From positions 1 to 26,524 of IMG/VR virus record IMGVR_UViG_3300048576_000508: a stretch of 26,524 bases of DNA; one strand, 5' to 3'. This document shows, piece after piece, positions 24,552 through 26,524 of the stretch (the stretch's first letter is position 1; every line of letters starts with the position of its first letter). The notes under the pieces are model-generated. The model made no database searches, was not told the DNA's origin, and saw only the letters and a program-made list of their open reading frames with translations. The translations under genes were made by a program, and so were the position numbers. This DNA comes from a virus (lineage: Duplodnaviria; Caudoviricetes).

Positions 24552-25231
24552 CAGGGCAGATCCACAGCAATCGCAGAAACATCTTTGCCGGCAGCATATA
24601 GGGCCTTGAGCCGCTTCTTGATATCGTCACCTGCTGACCAGTTCGTGTTAAACTGGGAAAAGCAAGCCATTGCCATTGAGGCCAGGCCATCTTTGTCCAG
24701 CACCACATACACGTTATCTACGCCGATTTTGTCCGCAGTCTTCCACTCTCTCGAATAGCCGTCAGGGAGGTGCGGAAGAGCCGCGATCTGGTCGGATATG
24801 TAGTCCCTATCCATGTAAAATTGATGCCCGCTCCAGGTGAAGGTTCCTGCCTGCCGGGCGGCGACGGCTGCGTCGACTTCGGCGAGTTTATCTTCCAGGG
24901 CGGCAAGCAGCGCTGCCGCATTGGCTCTCTCTCTCCAACCCTCAATCTCTCGCCATACCTCATCAACCAGCTCATACCGGTCCGGATGCGAGCTGTACCA
25001 TTCGACCTGGCGGCTTGTGTATCCCGCAGGCCCCACCGCCTGCTCGACCTCGGCAACGGTGAACCCGAGGGCGAAGAGACGGCAATGCGGATCCTCGACC
25101 AGGTCACCGTCAATCACCGCATGGCGACCTTCCAGCAGTTGGCGCCAATGCTCTTGCCATCCGTCAATTTGAGATGCCCGTATGTAGTCGTAATCAGCCC
25201 TGGTGTTGCATCTTGCTGGCAATCCGATCAT
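24551..25231 (-). CDS. Two-domain protein, 226 aa, with a C-terminal DUF4376-like (tail-fibre-associated) domain
   Basis: ATGA overlap with the upstream gene. C-terminal 'FTWSGHQF..D...WKTAD...N..V.L....L...K..L.A......AI' matches my recollection of DUF4376. Confidence 0.6.
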   Translation of the reverse strand: MIGLPARCNTRADYDYIRASQIDGWQEHWRQLLEGRHAVIDGDLVEDPHCRLFALGFTVAEVEQAVGPAGYTSRQVEWYSSHPDRYELVDEVWREIEGWRERANAAALLAALEDKLAEVDAAVAARQAGTFTWSGHQFYMDRDYISDQIAALPHLPDGYSREWKTADKIGVDNVYVVLDKDGLASMAMACFSQFNTNWSAGDDIKKRLKALYAAGKDVSAIAVDLP

Positions 25232-25527
25232 GATAATGTGTAAAACCTGTCAATTTTTTTAATGGATGCGGTAAACGGTATCTGCTCACCATACTTTTGT
25301 AGCTGTTCGATCAGAACGTCTGATCCGGTGAACAGCACCCGATGGACTCCATCGACATTCATCTGCAGCTGCAGGCATTTTCCGCTTTTGTTTTTCTCAT
25401 ATTTTGATCTGGTGATCCGGTAGCCGATAATCTCGATCTCTATGTTCAGGATCTGTTCGATCTTGATCTTTTCGCCGTCGAGCGGCGACTGCTCCTCGGC
25501 AAAATCAGAGAATCGCTTAGGCTGCAC
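25228..25527 (-). CDS. Hypothetical protein coupled to the RT, 99 aa
   Basis: Start moved to GTG 25527 (GGAGG RBS inside the RT 3' end, 11-nt overlap). Sequence MQPKRFSDFAEEQSPLDGEKIKI...VLFTGSDVLIEQLQKY...PF. Confidence 0.8.
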   Translation of the reverse strand: MQPKRFSDFAEEQSPLDGEKIKIEQILNIEIEIIGYRITRSKYEKNKSGKCLQLQMNVDGVHRVLFTGSDVLIEQLQKYGEQIPFTASIKKIDRFYTLS

Positions 25528-26524
25528 ACATTGCCTCCAGTTCTTTGAGCTGCAGTGCTGTTTGCAGGTTATGAGTGCTTGCCCACTGCAACCATCCTTT
25601 GGTCGATGCAATTGAAGAACGAAATTGGTCCAGGGAAATATTTCCACCTGCGAGCAGCTTGGGAAGGTTGGCCAGGCGGCGCTTAACCCTGGTTGCGGTG
25701 CTCTTGCGCAATAGGATGTGGCGTTTAAAATGGCGGTATCCCAGAAAATCGACGCCATGGCTTACCGGAAACACCTCTGCAAAACTAAACCGAAGCTTGA
25801 GCCGGTGTGCGAGGAACTGGCCGATGATCTCTTTGGCCTGCCGCAAAGTAGCTTTGTTGTCGCTAAACAGACAAAAATCGTCGCAATAGCGAAGATAGGC
25901 CTTGAAGCCGAGATCATGCTTTACCAACTGGTCCAACTCGTTGAGGTAGAGGTTTCCAAACCACTGGGAAGTGTAGTTCCCGATTGGTGCATTTTTTCCG
26001 CCTGGATAGGAAAAAATGATGTCGTCCAGGAGCCAGAGCGTTTCAGGACATTTGATTTTGCGACGAATCAGATCGGACAGTACCTGCTGGTCAATGCTTG
26101 GGTAAAACTTGGAAACATCACACTGCAGGCAATATCGGTACTCGCGGACGAACTCCATGATTCTGCGGCTGCCCGCATGCTGGCCTTTTCCGACTCGGCA
26201 GGCAAAGGAGTCGCTGATCATGAGGCGGTCCCAGATTGGTCCCAGGATTGCCATAATCGCGTGCTGGACGATTCGGTCAGGGCAGAAGGGCAGCACATAT
26301 ATCTCTCGCGTTTTTGGCTCATGAATAGTTTTGGTTTGATATCTTGAGGTCCTAAACGATTTGGTCACAAGCAGTTGCCTGATCTTTTCGATGTTGCCGC
26401 CGACATCTTGATCAAATTTTTGGACGTTGCACATGTTGTGCTTGCCACGACTGGCCCGCTGGTATGCAGCCATCAGGTTGTCAGTCGCTACAATTTGCTG
26501 AAAAAGATTTCCGTGTCGCTTCAT
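25517..26524 (-). CDS. Reverse transcriptase, DGR (Brt-like) class, 335 aa
   Basis: 'MKRHGNLF' start, 'EPK.R.I.......DR.VQHA', 'D.SKFYPSI', the DGR-typical 'PIGNYTSQ', catalytic 'RYCDD', and 'GVDFLGY'. Short, with no maturase or endonuclease extension. Confidence 0.92.
   Translation of the reverse strand: MKRHGNLFQQIVATDNLMAAYQRASRGKHNMCNVQKFDQDVGGNIEKIRQLLVTKSFRTSRYQTKTIHEPKTREIYVLPFCPDRIVQHAIMAILGPIWDRLMISDSFACRVGKGQHAGSRRIMEFVREYRYCLQCDVSKFYPSIDQQVLSDLIRRKIKCPETLWLLDDIIFSYPGGKNAPIGNYTSQWFGNLYLNELDQLVKHDLGFKAYLRYCDDFCLFSDNKATLRQAKEIIGQFLAHRLKLRFSFAEVFPVSHGVDFLGYRHFKRHILLRKSTATRVKRRLANLPKLLAGGNISLDQFRSSIASTKGWLQWASTHNLQTALQLKELEAMCAA

Larger units (their letters stand above)
1..26524 (-). 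mobile_element. Prophage/phage late region: Mu-like packaging genes, non-contractile (sipho-type) tail, DGR RT module
   Basis: Continuous co-oriented operon lysis-TerS-TerL-portal-F-G-protease-capsid-connectors-tube-chaperone-tape measure-tip, mostly joined by ATGA/TGATG overlaps. This is the Mu-like gene order, with no sheath gene. Element ends and transposase are not in the window. Confidence 0.95.

Noticed and set aside
25528-25758. N-terminal extension of the 176-aa ORF
   Set aside because: Lies entirely within the RT gene in another frame. The RBS supports GTG 25527.
25517-26524. RT as a group II intron, retron or Abi RT
   Set aside because: Only 335 aa, with the DGR-typical IGxxxSQ motif rather than PQG. 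No maturase/endonuclease extension, retron VTG motif or downstream intron domain V is seen, and the next gene overlaps its stop.
1-26524. CRISPR array, tRNA/rRNA genes, invertase-type tail-fibre switch, contractile sheath, tailocin or GTA interpretation
   Set aside because: No spaced repeats, RNA gene signatures, recombinase or sheath gene were seen. A complete head and packaging set argues against a tailocin. GTA status cannot be judged without the flanks.

Overview
The whole window is the late (virion and lysis) region of a temperate phage or prophage, read almost entirely on the - strand. Transcription order (right to left) is: a diversity-generating retroelement (DGR)-type reverse transcriptase with three translationally coupled genes; a 158-bp intergenic control region; a secreted FN3-like protein; a lysis-region cassette (GH108 lysin, AT-hook repeat protein, lipoprotein, holin candidate, TraR/DksA zinc finger); Mu-type packaging and head genes (TerS, gp28-like TerL, DUF935 portal, F, G, protease with nested scaffold); a lambda-type D/E capsid pair; Mu gp36/gp37-like connectors; a non-contractile tail (tube, G/GT chaperones with a -1 frameshift, 1088-aa tape measure); and an unusual tail-tip module. 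That module has several diverged paralogues, a Cys-rich protein, a zinc-ribbon protein, and a hub protein carrying an SGNH-hydrolase-like beta-sandwich and LxQxW repeats. No integrase, transposase, att site, DGR template repeat, avd or C-type-lectin target is visible; the window ends exactly at the RT start codon. Family calls come from remembered motifs and gene order, not database searches. Several start codons were moved from the ORF track using RBS and stop/start overlaps, and two genes shorter than 60 aa were added.
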